Source: a virus
Length of the DNA stretch: 64,000 bases
Reading direction: 5' to 3' (one strand)
Virus record (IMG/VR): IMGVR_UViG_3300031227_000028
Span: 18,857-82,856 of that record
Shown here one piece after another: positions 28,407 to 35,979 of this stretch. Each line of letters opens with the position of its first letter. Position 1 is the stretch's first letter. The notes below the pieces were generated by a model. It worked only from the letters and a program-made list of their open reading frames with translations, did not search any database and was not told the DNA's origin. A program made the position numbers and the translations under genes.

Positions 28407-28607
28407 ATGAGTTATGATAAAAATCATACAAAAGACGATTGTGATAAATGTCTTGAAAGGGTTGGAAAAGAAAATTTAACACCTATTAAGTTTTTATATC
28501 TTGATAGGAATGATTTAATGCATCCTGATTATTATCATAACGCAACTAAAGCACAAAAAGATTACAAATTATATTATGTTTGTAAAAATTGTTTAAAAAA
28601 TTATTAA
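28407..28607 (+). CDS. Small Zn-binding protein inside tRNA operon A
   Basis: CDKC...CKNC; exactly fills the Ala-Thr spacer. Confidence 0.65.
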   Translation: MSYDKNHTKDDCDKCLERVGKENLTPIKFLYLDRNDLMHPDYYHNATKAQKDYKLYYVCKNCLKNY

Positions 28608-28608
28608 T

Positions 28609-28682
28609 GCACGTGTGGCACAGTGGTCTACTGCGTCTGCCTTGTAAGCAGAATTACCCCAGTTCAAATCTGGGTACGTGCT
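28609..28682 (+). tRNA. tRNA-Thr(TGT)
   Basis: GCACGTG/TACGTGC; CT TGT AA. Confidence 0.93.
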
Positions 28683-28688
28683 TTTTAT

Positions 28689-28760
28689 GCATCATTGGGC
28701 AAGTGGTAAGTCGTCTGTCTGCAAAACAGAAGAACCCCGGTTCAATTCCGGGATGATGCT
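28689..28760 (+). tRNA. tRNA-Cys(GCA)
   Basis: GCATCAT/ATGATGC; U73. Confidence 0.93.
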
Positions 28761-28761
28761 T

Positions 28762-29046
28762 ATGGTAAAATATAAAAAAAAATATGGGCATGAATATCCA
28801 ACATTAACAGTTCCAATGAAATCACTTCAAGAAGAAAATTTATTTATTAATCCTTATTGGAATGAATGGAATACTCAAAAAGATAGTTTAAGAGTTATAT
28901 GTGATAATAAAAAAATAGTTAAACAAAATAAAAATAGAATACATAAATTTTCAGTTTGGGATATTAGAGAAAAAGGAATACAAGAAAAAAATAAAAAAAA
29001 ATTAATTATAAGAAAGAAAAGAAAATTATTAAATAATATTATTTAA
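28762..29046 (+). CDS. Basic hypothetical protein (94 aa) ending operon A
   Basis: ATG 2 nt after tRNA-Cys; the track's upstream extension overlaps tRNAs. Confidence 0.6.
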   Translation: MVKYKKKYGHEYPTLTVPMKSLQEENLFINPYWNEWNTQKDSLRVICDNKKIVKQNKNRIHKFSVWDIREKGIQEKNKKKLIIRKKRKLLNNII

Positions 29047-29066
29047 TACAAACATTTATATATTAG
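29030..29066 (+). promoter_or_regulatory. tRNA operon B promoter (16-bp palindrome + TATA)
   Basis: 37/37 identical to 27449-27485. Confidence 0.85.
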
Positions 29067-29106
29067 ATATGGTTTTATATAATTATAATAAATAATCTTA
29101 ATATTA

Positions 29107-29304
29107 ATTTATTAAGAAATATTAAATAACTAGATAATTATAGGTGTTATCCCAATCATATTAAAATGAACATACAAGAATGGAGACAGGACGGGGAAAG
29201 AGGCTTTGACATAGTGTTTAAGCCTATCTATCGTTAGTCCTTCCATGGTTCATATCAATTTCTAAATAAATAAAAAAGAACATTGGCCATGTGCCATGGA
29301 ATTC
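29107..29304 (+). promoter_or_regulatory. Attenuator-like alternative hairpins, operon B
   Basis: ATGAAC/GTTCAT, ATGGA/TCCAT, AGGAC/GTCCT, AGGCTT/AAGCCT; rival pairing TTCCATGG(29241)/CCATGGAA(29294). Confidence 0.6.
29166..29237 (+). CDS. Putative leader peptide B, MNIQEWRQDGERGFDIVFKPIYR
   Basis: AAAATG context; residues 3-23 all belong to the operon B tRNA set. Confidence 0.65.
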   Translation: MNIQEWRQDGERGFDIVFKPIYR

Positions 29305-29318
29305 TAAAAAAAATATAC

Positions 29319-29389
29319 AGTCGTATAGTTTAATGGTAAAATTATCCGTTTACACCGGATGGCTATGAGTTCAATTCTCATTGCGACTA
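29319..29389 (+). tRNA. tRNA-Val(TAC)
   Basis: AGTCGTA/TGCGACT; TT TAC AC. Confidence 0.9.
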
Positions 29390-29403
29390 TAATAAACCTT
29401 TAT

Positions 29404-29476
29404 GCTCTAATGGTCTAGTGGACAATGACATCTGGCTTTCGACCAGAAGACCTGAGTTCAATTCTCGGTTGGGGTA
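29404..29476 (+). tRNA. tRNA-Glu(TTC)
   Basis: CT TTC GA; acceptor stem with three G:U pairs. Confidence 0.88.
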
Positions 29477-29482
29477 CTTTAC

Positions 29483-29557
29483 TGGGTGGTGGTCTAGTTT
29501 GGCTAAGACTCTCGACTTGGACTCGAGAAACCGGGGGTTCAAATCCTCCCCATCCAA
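29483..29557 (+). tRNA. tRNA-Pro(TGG)
   Basis: CTCGA-CT TGG AC-TCGAG; U1:A72; A37. Confidence 0.88.
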
Positions 29558-29567
29558 TATTTATTTT

Positions 29568-29639
29568 GCCTGTGTAGTGTAATGGCTATCACATGAGACT
29601 GTCTATCTCAAAATTTGGGTTCAATTCCCAGCATGGGCG
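29568..29639 (+). tRNA. tRNA-Asp(GTC)
   Basis: GCCTGTG/CATGGGC; G73; U37. Confidence 0.9.
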
Positions 29640-29643
29640 TTAT

Positions 29644-29718
29644 GGAAGTATAGCTTAATCTGGTTAAAGCACCGGTCTTATATACCGTTGAATCTGGGTT
29701 CAAATCCCAGTATTTCCA
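29644..29718 (+). tRNA. tRNA-Ile(TAT)
   Basis: GGAAGTA/TATTTCC; CT TAT AT. Confidence 0.9.
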
Positions 29719-29723
29719 TTTAT

Positions 29724-29796
29724 GGACGTATGGCTAAGTGGTTAAGGCAGTCGACTGATATTCGAAAGAACACCGGTTCAAATCCGGTTATGTCCA
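29724..29796 (+). tRNA. tRNA-Ile(GAT)
   Basis: GGACGTA/TATGTCC; CT GAT AT. Confidence 0.9.
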
Positions 29797-29802
29797 TTTT
29801 AT

Positions 29803-29912
29803 GCACCCATAGTCTAAACTGGAAGGGCTCTTGGCTTCGATACAATTGTATGGCTAGTAAGACGCTTTTTTGAAGATACCAAGGTATCCGGGTTCAAATC
29901 CCGGTGGGTGCT
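29803..29912 (+). tRNA. tRNA-Arg(TCG) with 37-nt BHB-like intron (29841-29877)
   Basis: GCACCCA/TGGGTGC; intron at 37/38 with CTTC/GAAG helix and GAT/ATA bulges. Confidence 0.88.
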
Positions 29913-29917
29913 TTTAT

Positions 29918-29991
29918 GTGAATGTAGCAAAACGGTTTAATGCACTCGACTTTTAATCGAGAGACTGAGGGTTCAAATCCCTTCATTCACA
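29918..29991 (+). tRNA. tRNA-Lys(TTT)
   Basis: GTGAATG/CATTCAC; CT TTT AA. Confidence 0.93.
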
Positions 29992-29998
29992 TTTTTAT

Positions 29999-30071
29999 AG
30001 GGTAGTGGTCTAGTGGACAATGACATCTGACTTTGGATCAGAAAACGGCAGTTCAATTCTGCCCTACCCCA
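29999..30071 (+). tRNA. tRNA-Gln(TTG)
   Basis: CT TTG GA; A1-C72 mismatch. Confidence 0.9.
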
Positions 30072-30076
30072 TAATT

Positions 30077-30148
30077 GCTTGCATAGCATAACGGTTAATG
30101 CTTCAGGTTGTGGTCCTGATAATCTGGGTTCAATTCCCAGTGTAAGCT
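30077..30148 (+). tRNA. tRNA-His(GTG)
   Basis: GCTTGCA/TGTAAGC; no encoded G-1; U73. Confidence 0.9.
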
Positions 30149-30155
30149 TTTTAAT

Positions 30156-30228
30156 GGACATATAGCATAATGGGAGTGCGCTGAGCTGAAGCCTCAGTAT
30201 TGTTGGAGTTCGACTCTCCATATGTCCA
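30156..30228 (+). tRNA. tRNA-Phe(GAA)
   Basis: GGACATA/TATGTCC; CT GAA GC. Confidence 0.92.
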
Positions 30229-30238
30229 TCATATTAAA

Positions 30239-30745
30239 ATGGCATACGAACTATATAAAATAAAAAAGGATAAAGAAAATTATTTTAAAGATTGGTCTAG
30301 TGATAAACTTTTAACTTTAACTGACGAAATAAAAGAAGTAGTCTATAAAAAGTATTTAGTTAAATGTGATGTTTTTAAAAGAGATAATTATAGTTGTCAA
30401 AATATTAATTGTAAAAATTTAAATAGTCCATTAACAATGCATCATGTTAAATTTCAAAAAAATGGTGGAGAACATAAAATAAAAAATTGTGTAACTTTAT
30501 GTGAACCATGTCACGTTTTATTTCATAGAGCTAGAACAGCAATTACTTATAAAAATAATAAATATCTTCCTATTCATATTAGAGGTAAAACTTTTATGTT
30601 AGATAGACAAGATAAAATTAACTGGAAAGAAATTAAAAGTCATATGAGAAAACTTAGAAAAACTTTAAGAAAAGAAAGAATTTATTTAAGTTGGAAAGAT
30701 ATGAATTTATTAATGAAATTTTTAGAATTAAATTTTGAAGATTAG
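30239..30745 (+). CDS. HNH endonuclease inserted in tRNA operon B
   Basis: VFKRDNYSCQ...C, TMHHV...GG...NCVTLCEPCH...H; start moved to the ATG after tRNA-Phe. Confidence 0.85.
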   Translation: MAYELYKIKKDKENYFKDWSSDKLLTLTDEIKEVVYKKYLVKCDVFKRDNYSCQNINCKNLNSPLTMHHVKFQKNGGEHKIKNCVTLCEPCHVLFHRARTAITYKNNKYLPIHIRGKTFMLDRQDKINWKEIKSHMRKLRKTLRKERIYLSWKDMNLLMKFLELNFED

Positions 30746-30750
30746 TTTAT

Positions 30751-30825
30751 GTATCTGTAGTGTAGTTTGGTCTATCATCTGGGACTTCCAATTCTGGGAC
30801 GTGGGTTCGAATCCCACCGGGTACA
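30751..30825 (+). tRNA. tRNA-Gly(TCC)
   Basis: GTATCTG/CGGGTAC; A73; G:U-rich anticodon stem. Confidence 0.85.
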
Positions 30826-30832
30826 TTTTTAA

Positions 30833-30903
30833 CCGCTCGAGATATTTGGTAATCATACGAGGCTGTAACCCTTGTTCTATCGGTTCAATTCCGGTCGGGT
30901 GGA
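30833..30903 (+). tRNA. tRNA-Tyr(GTA), archaeal/eukaryal type
   Basis: C1:G72, A73, short variable loop; A8. Confidence 0.88.
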
Positions 30904-30911
30904 TTTTTAAT

Positions 30912-30984
30912 GGGCTGTTGGTGAAATCTGGTATCATATTTGGCTCCAGACCAAATGTTATGGGTTCAAATCCCATGCAACCCA
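30912..30984 (+). tRNA. tRNA-Trp(CCA)
   Basis: TTTGG-CT CCA GA-CCAAA; A73. Confidence 0.9.
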
Positions 30985-31020
30985 TATATAAAAGCTTTAT
31001 AAAGGCTTTATAAACCCTTT

Positions 31021-31106
31021 TTCTATTATATACTCTATCATCTAAACCTTTATATATGTATACTGCTTTATTATAATTATAATTATAATTGATTGGAGAT
31101 GACAAA
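31021..31106 (+). promoter_or_regulatory. Repeated promoter/leader cassette
   Basis: Near-identical to 22826-22918. Confidence 0.75.
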
Positions 31107-31715
31107 ATGAATACATATGAAAAAAAAATTATGAATGAAATTGAAGGAGATTATGAATCAAATTTTATTTTAATTCCATTAGGACAATGTGAATTTTGTG
31201 GTCATAAATCAAAGATGGGTTATGAAGTAGTTCATAAAATTACTAAAAAAGTTTTAAAAGTTGGAACAACTTGTGTTTATACTTTAGTTAATCTTAACAA
31301 ACAACAAAAAAGAATTTTAGATAATATTATTAAAAAACAAAAACACGATTTAAAATATGCTAGTATAAAAAAATACTTAGAAGCTAAACATAAAGATGAA
31401 TTAATTACATCAAATCAAAGTTACAATAGACAACATCATTGTCATGACGAAATTATAAATGAAACTGAAGAATGGGTATTTTACAAAGTTGTTGATGATG
31501 AAACAAAAGAAGTATATGCAAATACTCAAAGTACAAAAGAAAAATATTATTCAGTTAATTATATTGTTGATTATTCATATCATTCAGTACAAACACAAAA
31601 AAATGTTGTAAGTCAAATATTAAATAAAATCAACAACACCCAATCAAATATAAATAACTATTGGTTTGAAACATATAAAGAATTAACATCAGTAGATTTA
31701 AAAAATTTAAAATGA
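31107..31715 (+). CDS. Hypothetical protein with Zn-binding N-terminus
   Basis: CEFCGH...VGTTC. Confidence 0.65.
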   Translation: MNTYEKKIMNEIEGDYESNFILIPLGQCEFCGHKSKMGYEVVHKITKKVLKVGTTCVYTLVNLNKQQKRILDNIIKKQKHDLKYASIKKYLEAKHKDELITSNQSYNRQHHCHDEIINETEEWVFYKVVDDETKEVYANTQSTKEKYYSVNYIVDYSYHSVQTQKNVVSQILNKINNTQSNINNYWFETYKELTSVDLKNLK

Positions 31716-32192
31716 GGCGATATAAATGGATAAAAAAACAATTATAAATGGATTAAATTCATGGGAAACAAATAAGGTTTATGTATTTGATGGATTAAAA
31801 TATAAAGAAGTTAAAATGATTACAAAAGGAATGGGGAAAGGTATTATATTACATATAAATATAAATTAAAATAGATGATTTAAATGTTAATAACAGCAAT
31901 AAATAAATATAATAAAACTATTATATTAGAATATGATAGCGTTAAACAAGCTATTAGTAATAATTATCAAGCATATGAAAATAAAACATTGACTAATTTT
32001 AAACAATTGAGGTGAATTAAAAAATGGTTAGCAAAATAAAACAATTAATAAAAAAATACGATAATGAGATGGATTATATTCGTAACTTAACATATGAACG
32101 CATAAAATCATCAACAAAAGCAGCTAAACTATATGGGAAATCATACCCATCAGTTTTAAAAGCTAAATACCCTATATTTTTACTATAAGAAA

Positions 32193-32855
32193 ATGGATAA
32201 ATCAATAAAATTACTAAAAGAACATTGTATATTTACTAATCCAGAAGATTGTTATGTATTATTTGCGATTGCACGTAGGAAAAACAACCTATACTTAACG
32301 AATAGTCAAGAGGTGGTGTTTAGACAAGTGATAAAAAATAATGAAAATATCGAGCGTAAATACAATAAATTAATATCTCAATGTAATGATTATCAATATA
32401 CTGATGGAAAAACAGATATAAAAAGAAAATTAAATTTTTATGTTTATGTTTCAGTAAATTCACGAAATGCATTAAAAGCTTATATTGAACTTCAAAAAAG
32501 ATTTAATCAATATGTATTTGAGCTATTAAAAAATAATGATAATTATCATTTATTTAAACGTCTTGATTCAATATGGTTATCTGATTTAATGAAGCCAAAT
32601 TGTAAAAGTAGTAAAAGATTTTTATTAGATATTGATACTAAAGAACAAGAAAAAATAGATAAGATAAGTGGGTTATTAGATAAAGTTACTTTAACAATTA
32701 AATGTTATAAGAATGAAACTAAAAATGGATTTCATTATATTATGGACCCATTTGACAAACAAAAATTTCATAATCTATTAACTGAAAATAATTTAAAAGA
32801 TATTTGTGAAGTAAAAACAGATGGATTATTTTTTGTAGAGAATTTAGGTGAATAA
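32193..32855 (+). CDS. Hypothetical protein with AEP-like catalytic motifs
   Basis: FLLDID and ETKNGFHYI. Confidence 0.5.
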   Translation: MDKSIKLLKEHCIFTNPEDCYVLFAIARRKNNLYLTNSQEVVFRQVIKNNENIERKYNKLISQCNDYQYTDGKTDIKRKLNFYVYVSVNSRNALKAYIELQKRFNQYVFELLKNNDNYHLFKRLDSIWLSDLMKPNCKSSKRFLLDIDTKEQEKIDKISGLLDKVTLTIKCYKNETKNGFHYIMDPFDKQKFHNLLTENNLKDICEVKTDGLFFVENLGE

Positions 32856-32858
32856 AAA

Positions 32859-34220
32859 ATGAGAGAAAAGATAAAAATTCCAGATAATGTAACAAATATT
32901 ATGTCTCACCTTATAGCTCATGGTTATGATGCATATATTATTGGTGGGGCAATAAGAGATTACTTTCTTGGAATAATTCCTCACGATTGGGATTTATTTA
33001 CAAATTGTCCTGACTTAGTTAATGAGTTTCCAGAAGGAAATGTAATTGGTGGAGAAGAAAGACAAGCAAAGATTTTAACTGTGATAGTGGACGGAATAGA
33101 AGTATCACAATATCGAGCAAATGGTGAACGAACAGAAGTAGGAAATGATTTGGAAACTCATTTATCTACTTGTGATTATAATATCAATGCAATGGCATGT
33201 GATATAAATGGAAACATCATAGATTTACATGGTGGAATATTTGATTTAAAACATTGGACATTTGAATTTGTTGGTGATGGAAACCAAAGAATAAAAGAAG
33301 ACCCTCTACGAATATTAAGAGGTATAAGACTTATTCTGAAGAACCGATTACATCCAAGCCTGGAAACAGAAACAATTTTAGAAGAGAATGGTATTAAGTT
33401 ATATGAGTTACCAAAAGAAAGAATCCGAGAAGAATTTCTTAAACTTTTAAAATATGAAAAATGTTTTGATATATTAAAAGAATTTGAATTGTTAAAATAT
33501 ATCATTCCAGATATTGAAAAGTCATATAACATGAACGGTGGCGATTATCATGATGAAACTGTTTTTGAACACATGAATTATTCATTTAAAGAAGCTTGTA
33601 AGATAACTGATAATGTATTTTTTAGATTAGCTGCAGGACTTCATGATTTTGGTAAGATTTCTGCTATATCAAGAACAGTATTAATTGACCCTAGAACTAT
33701 GAGAGCTATAGAAGATTCAAAGACACATTTCTATGAGCATGAAAGAATTGGTGCAGAAAAAATTGAAGAATGGATGAGAGAATATAAATTTGCTGAAAAG
33801 GAAATTAAATATGTTGTTACTTTAGTGCGAACTCATATGTGGGCTTGGACTGAAACAATTTCAAAACGGTCTTATATCAAACATTTCAAGAAATTTGAAG
33901 ATGCAGATATTGATATTATGGATTTTGTTACTATGACTTATTGCGACAATCAAGGTAATATGAAAAACTCTAGAATTAAATTTGCTGATTGGGTAAGAGA
34001 TAGTCCAATTCATAAAAAATATTATGAGTTAAAACATACTAATGAACCATTTTCAGTTAAAGATTTAGCAGTTGGCGGTAAAGATTTAATTCAATTAGGA
34101 TTTAAACCTGGACCAGAAATGGGAAAACTTTTAAAAAAACTTTTTGAAAAAGTAATGATATGTGAAATTAAAAATGATAAACGTGAATTAATTACATTTT
34201 TAAAAGAATTTAAGGAATGA
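32859..34220 (+). CDS. cca: Class II tRNA nucleotidyltransferase (CCA-adding) with HD domain
   Basis: GGAIRD...DWD, D.NINAMA, EDPLRILR, ERI, LHDFGK, GGKDL...G..PG. Confidence 0.88.
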   Translation: MREKIKIPDNVTNIMSHLIAHGYDAYIIGGAIRDYFLGIIPHDWDLFTNCPDLVNEFPEGNVIGGEERQAKILTVIVDGIEVSQYRANGERTEVGNDLETHLSTCDYNINAMACDINGNIIDLHGGIFDLKHWTFEFVGDGNQRIKEDPLRILRGIRLILKNRLHPSLETETILEENGIKLYELPKERIREEFLKLLKYEKCFDILKEFELLKYIIPDIEKSYNMNGGDYHDETVFEHMNYSFKEACKITDNVFFRLAAGLHDFGKISAISRTVLIDPRTMRAIEDSKTHFYEHERIGAEKIEEWMREYKFAEKEIKYVVTLVRTHMWAWTETISKRSYIKHFKKFEDADIDIMDFVTMTYCDNQGNMKNSRIKFADWVRDSPIHKKYYELKHTNEPFSVKDLAVGGKDLIQLGFKPGPEMGKLLKKLFEKVMICEIKNDKRELITFLKEFKE

Positions 34221-34513
34221 GAAAAATGACTATGCCTATAAATATAATGAATTGTAAATTAATCACTATTTATAAATTATTAGAAACTATAAATAATCAA
34301 AGTGGTAAATATAAAGTAACTAACATAAATATAATATCTAAAAGATCTAAAATAACATATGCTCATACTTTTGATATGTTAAAATTATTGATAAAAACTA
34401 AATTAATTGAGAAAAAAACTATACAACATGGAATATATCAATATAATTTAACTAAATCAGGATATAAAACATTAATTGCAATATCGTTTATAAATAGTAG
34501 TATATATAAATAA
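34217..34513 (+). CDS. Winged-helix DNA-binding protein
   Basis: ITYAHT...L...LIEK...YNLTKSG pattern. Confidence 0.6.
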   Translation: MRKMTMPINIMNCKLITIYKLLETINNQSGKYKVTNINIISKRSKITYAHTFDMLKLLIKTKLIEKKTIQHGIYQYNLTKSGYKTLIAISFINSSIYK

Positions 34514-34536
34514 GTTTATATAATATTATTTATAAA

Positions 34537-34764
34537 ATGGGTAAAGCTCCTTCAATTTATAGAAAAATAAGAAAGTCAACAACTAATTCTCCTTTTGGTG
34601 ATACATTTGCAATTACCATACCAAGAGATATTGCTGATGAATTCTCAGGTACATATTTTAAAATTCATAAAAATAATAATACTATTTTCTTAGAATCTGG
34701 ATGTAGACTTCCAAATAAAAATAGTAAAAGAGATGTAAATAAATATTTTTATGTGAGGATATAA
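34537..34764 (+). CDS. AbrB/SpoVT-like small DNA-binding protein
   Basis: FAITIPRDIA motif. Confidence 0.6.
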   Translation: MGKAPSIYRKIRKSTTNSPFGDTFAITIPRDIADEFSGTYFKIHKNNNTIFLESGCRLPNKNSKRDVNKYFYVRI

Positions 34765-35979
34765 ATGGTAGATAAAAAAATAAAAATATTATGGTTAAGT
34801 GATAGTCCACTTACTAGTACAGGATATGGAACTATGACTTTAAATATTTTAAATGGTATGACAGAAAAAGGAATTGAGTGTCATTGTATATGTCACAATC
34901 AACCTGGACAAACTTTAAAGCCTGGAATTAAATTTATGGATGATACAGAAATTAAATTTCATTTACATGGTGCAGGTGTAGAAAGATATTCTAAAGATAA
35001 AGTTAAATATTTATTACAAGAATTAAAACCAGATTATTTTGTAACATTATTAGATACATTTATGATTACAGAAGCTGGGTTTTTAGGAATGAATTTCAGT
35101 CCTGCTAAAAGTATATTTTATTTTCCTTCAGATGGAGAAGACCAATTACCTTTATCTTGCGAGAAATTATTTACTTCTGGGACATACCAGTATCCTATTG
35201 CAATGGCAAAATTCGGTCAGCAACAAGTTAAGAAAGCCCATAACATTGATGCATTATATATACCTCATGCAGTTAAACATAAACTATTTAGACCATATAA
35301 TGATAAAGAAAAAGTAAAAAATAGATTAAAATGGAGTAATAAATTAGGTGTAGATTTATCTAAAAAACAAATTATAGGAACTGTTGCTAGAAATCAAGGT
35401 AGAAAAATGATGGATAGAATGATTCCAATAATGAAATTAATTGCAGCTAAAAATGAAAATGCTGTAATGTTAATGCATACAGACCCATTTGATAGAGCAG
35501 GTTATTTTGATATGATGTATGAAATTAAAAAACATAACCTAGAAAATAAATTTATTTTTACAGGTCTTAATTTTTTGAATCCATATACATATACAGAACT
35601 TTCTGAAATTTATAATTTAATGGATATATTCTTATTGACAACAACTGGAGAAGGATTTGGTGTTCCAATAATAGAAGCTATGTCTTGTAAAGTACCTTGT
35701 GTTGTAACTGATTATACAACAACAAAAGAATTAGTTTTAGACCATAATTCTGGATTAGGTATTATAGTAAGTGCGGAAATTATGGGAACATGGAATGTAA
35801 AACGTGGTGTCTGTGATATTGAAGATGGAGCTAATAAATGTCTATTCCTTTTATCAAATGATAAATTAAGAACAAATATGGGAGAGAATGGCCGTAAAGC
35901 TGTTTTAAAATATTATACTTGGGATAAGGTATTGAAAGATTGGTATAAATTATTCAATAAATTAAAAGGTGATTATTAA
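34765..35979 (+). CDS. GT4 (GT-B) glycosyltransferase
   Basis: SDSP...TGYG, RNQGRK, EGFGVPIIEAMSC. Confidence 0.9.
   Translation: MVDKKIKILWLSDSPLTSTGYGTMTLNILNGMTEKGIECHCICHNQPGQTLKPGIKFMDDTEIKFHLHGAGVERYSKDKVKYLLQELKPDYFVTLLDTFMITEAGFLGMNFSPAKSIFYFPSDGEDQLPLSCEKLFTSGTYQYPIAMAKFGQQQVKKAHNIDALYIPHAVKHKLFRPYNDKEKVKNRLKWSNKLGVDLSKKQIIGTVARNQGRKMMDRMIPIMKLIAAKNENAVMLMHTDPFDRAGYFDMMYEIKKHNLENKFIFTGLNFLNPYTYTELSEIYNLMDIFLLTTTGEGFGVPIIEAMSCKVPCVVTDYTTTKELVLDHNSGLGIIVSAEIMGTWNVKRGVCDIEDGANKCLFLLSNDKLRTNMGENGRKAVLKYYTWDKVLKDWYKLFNKLKGDY

Noticed and set aside
29166-29253. SRP RNA or C/D box sRNA
   Set aside because: No SRP helix-8 motif with GNRA loop; no C/D boxes
27941-29877. Alternative intron splicing producing the missing Leu(UAA) and Arg(UCU) anticodons
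   Set aside because: BHB geometry fixes cleavage at 37/38; I found no alternative register giving those anticodons
27995-31105. Track ORFs 27995-28183, 28033-28398, 28215-28427, 29688-29873, 29973-30221, 30728-31105, 30735-31013
   Set aside because: They overlap tRNA genes on either strand; shadow ORFs
6857-35317. Antisense or nested ORFs 6857, 17522, 20045, 22990, 24512, 24703, 25458, 26820, 33176, 35132
   Set aside because: They overlap better-supported + strand genes or promoters and have low-complexity composition
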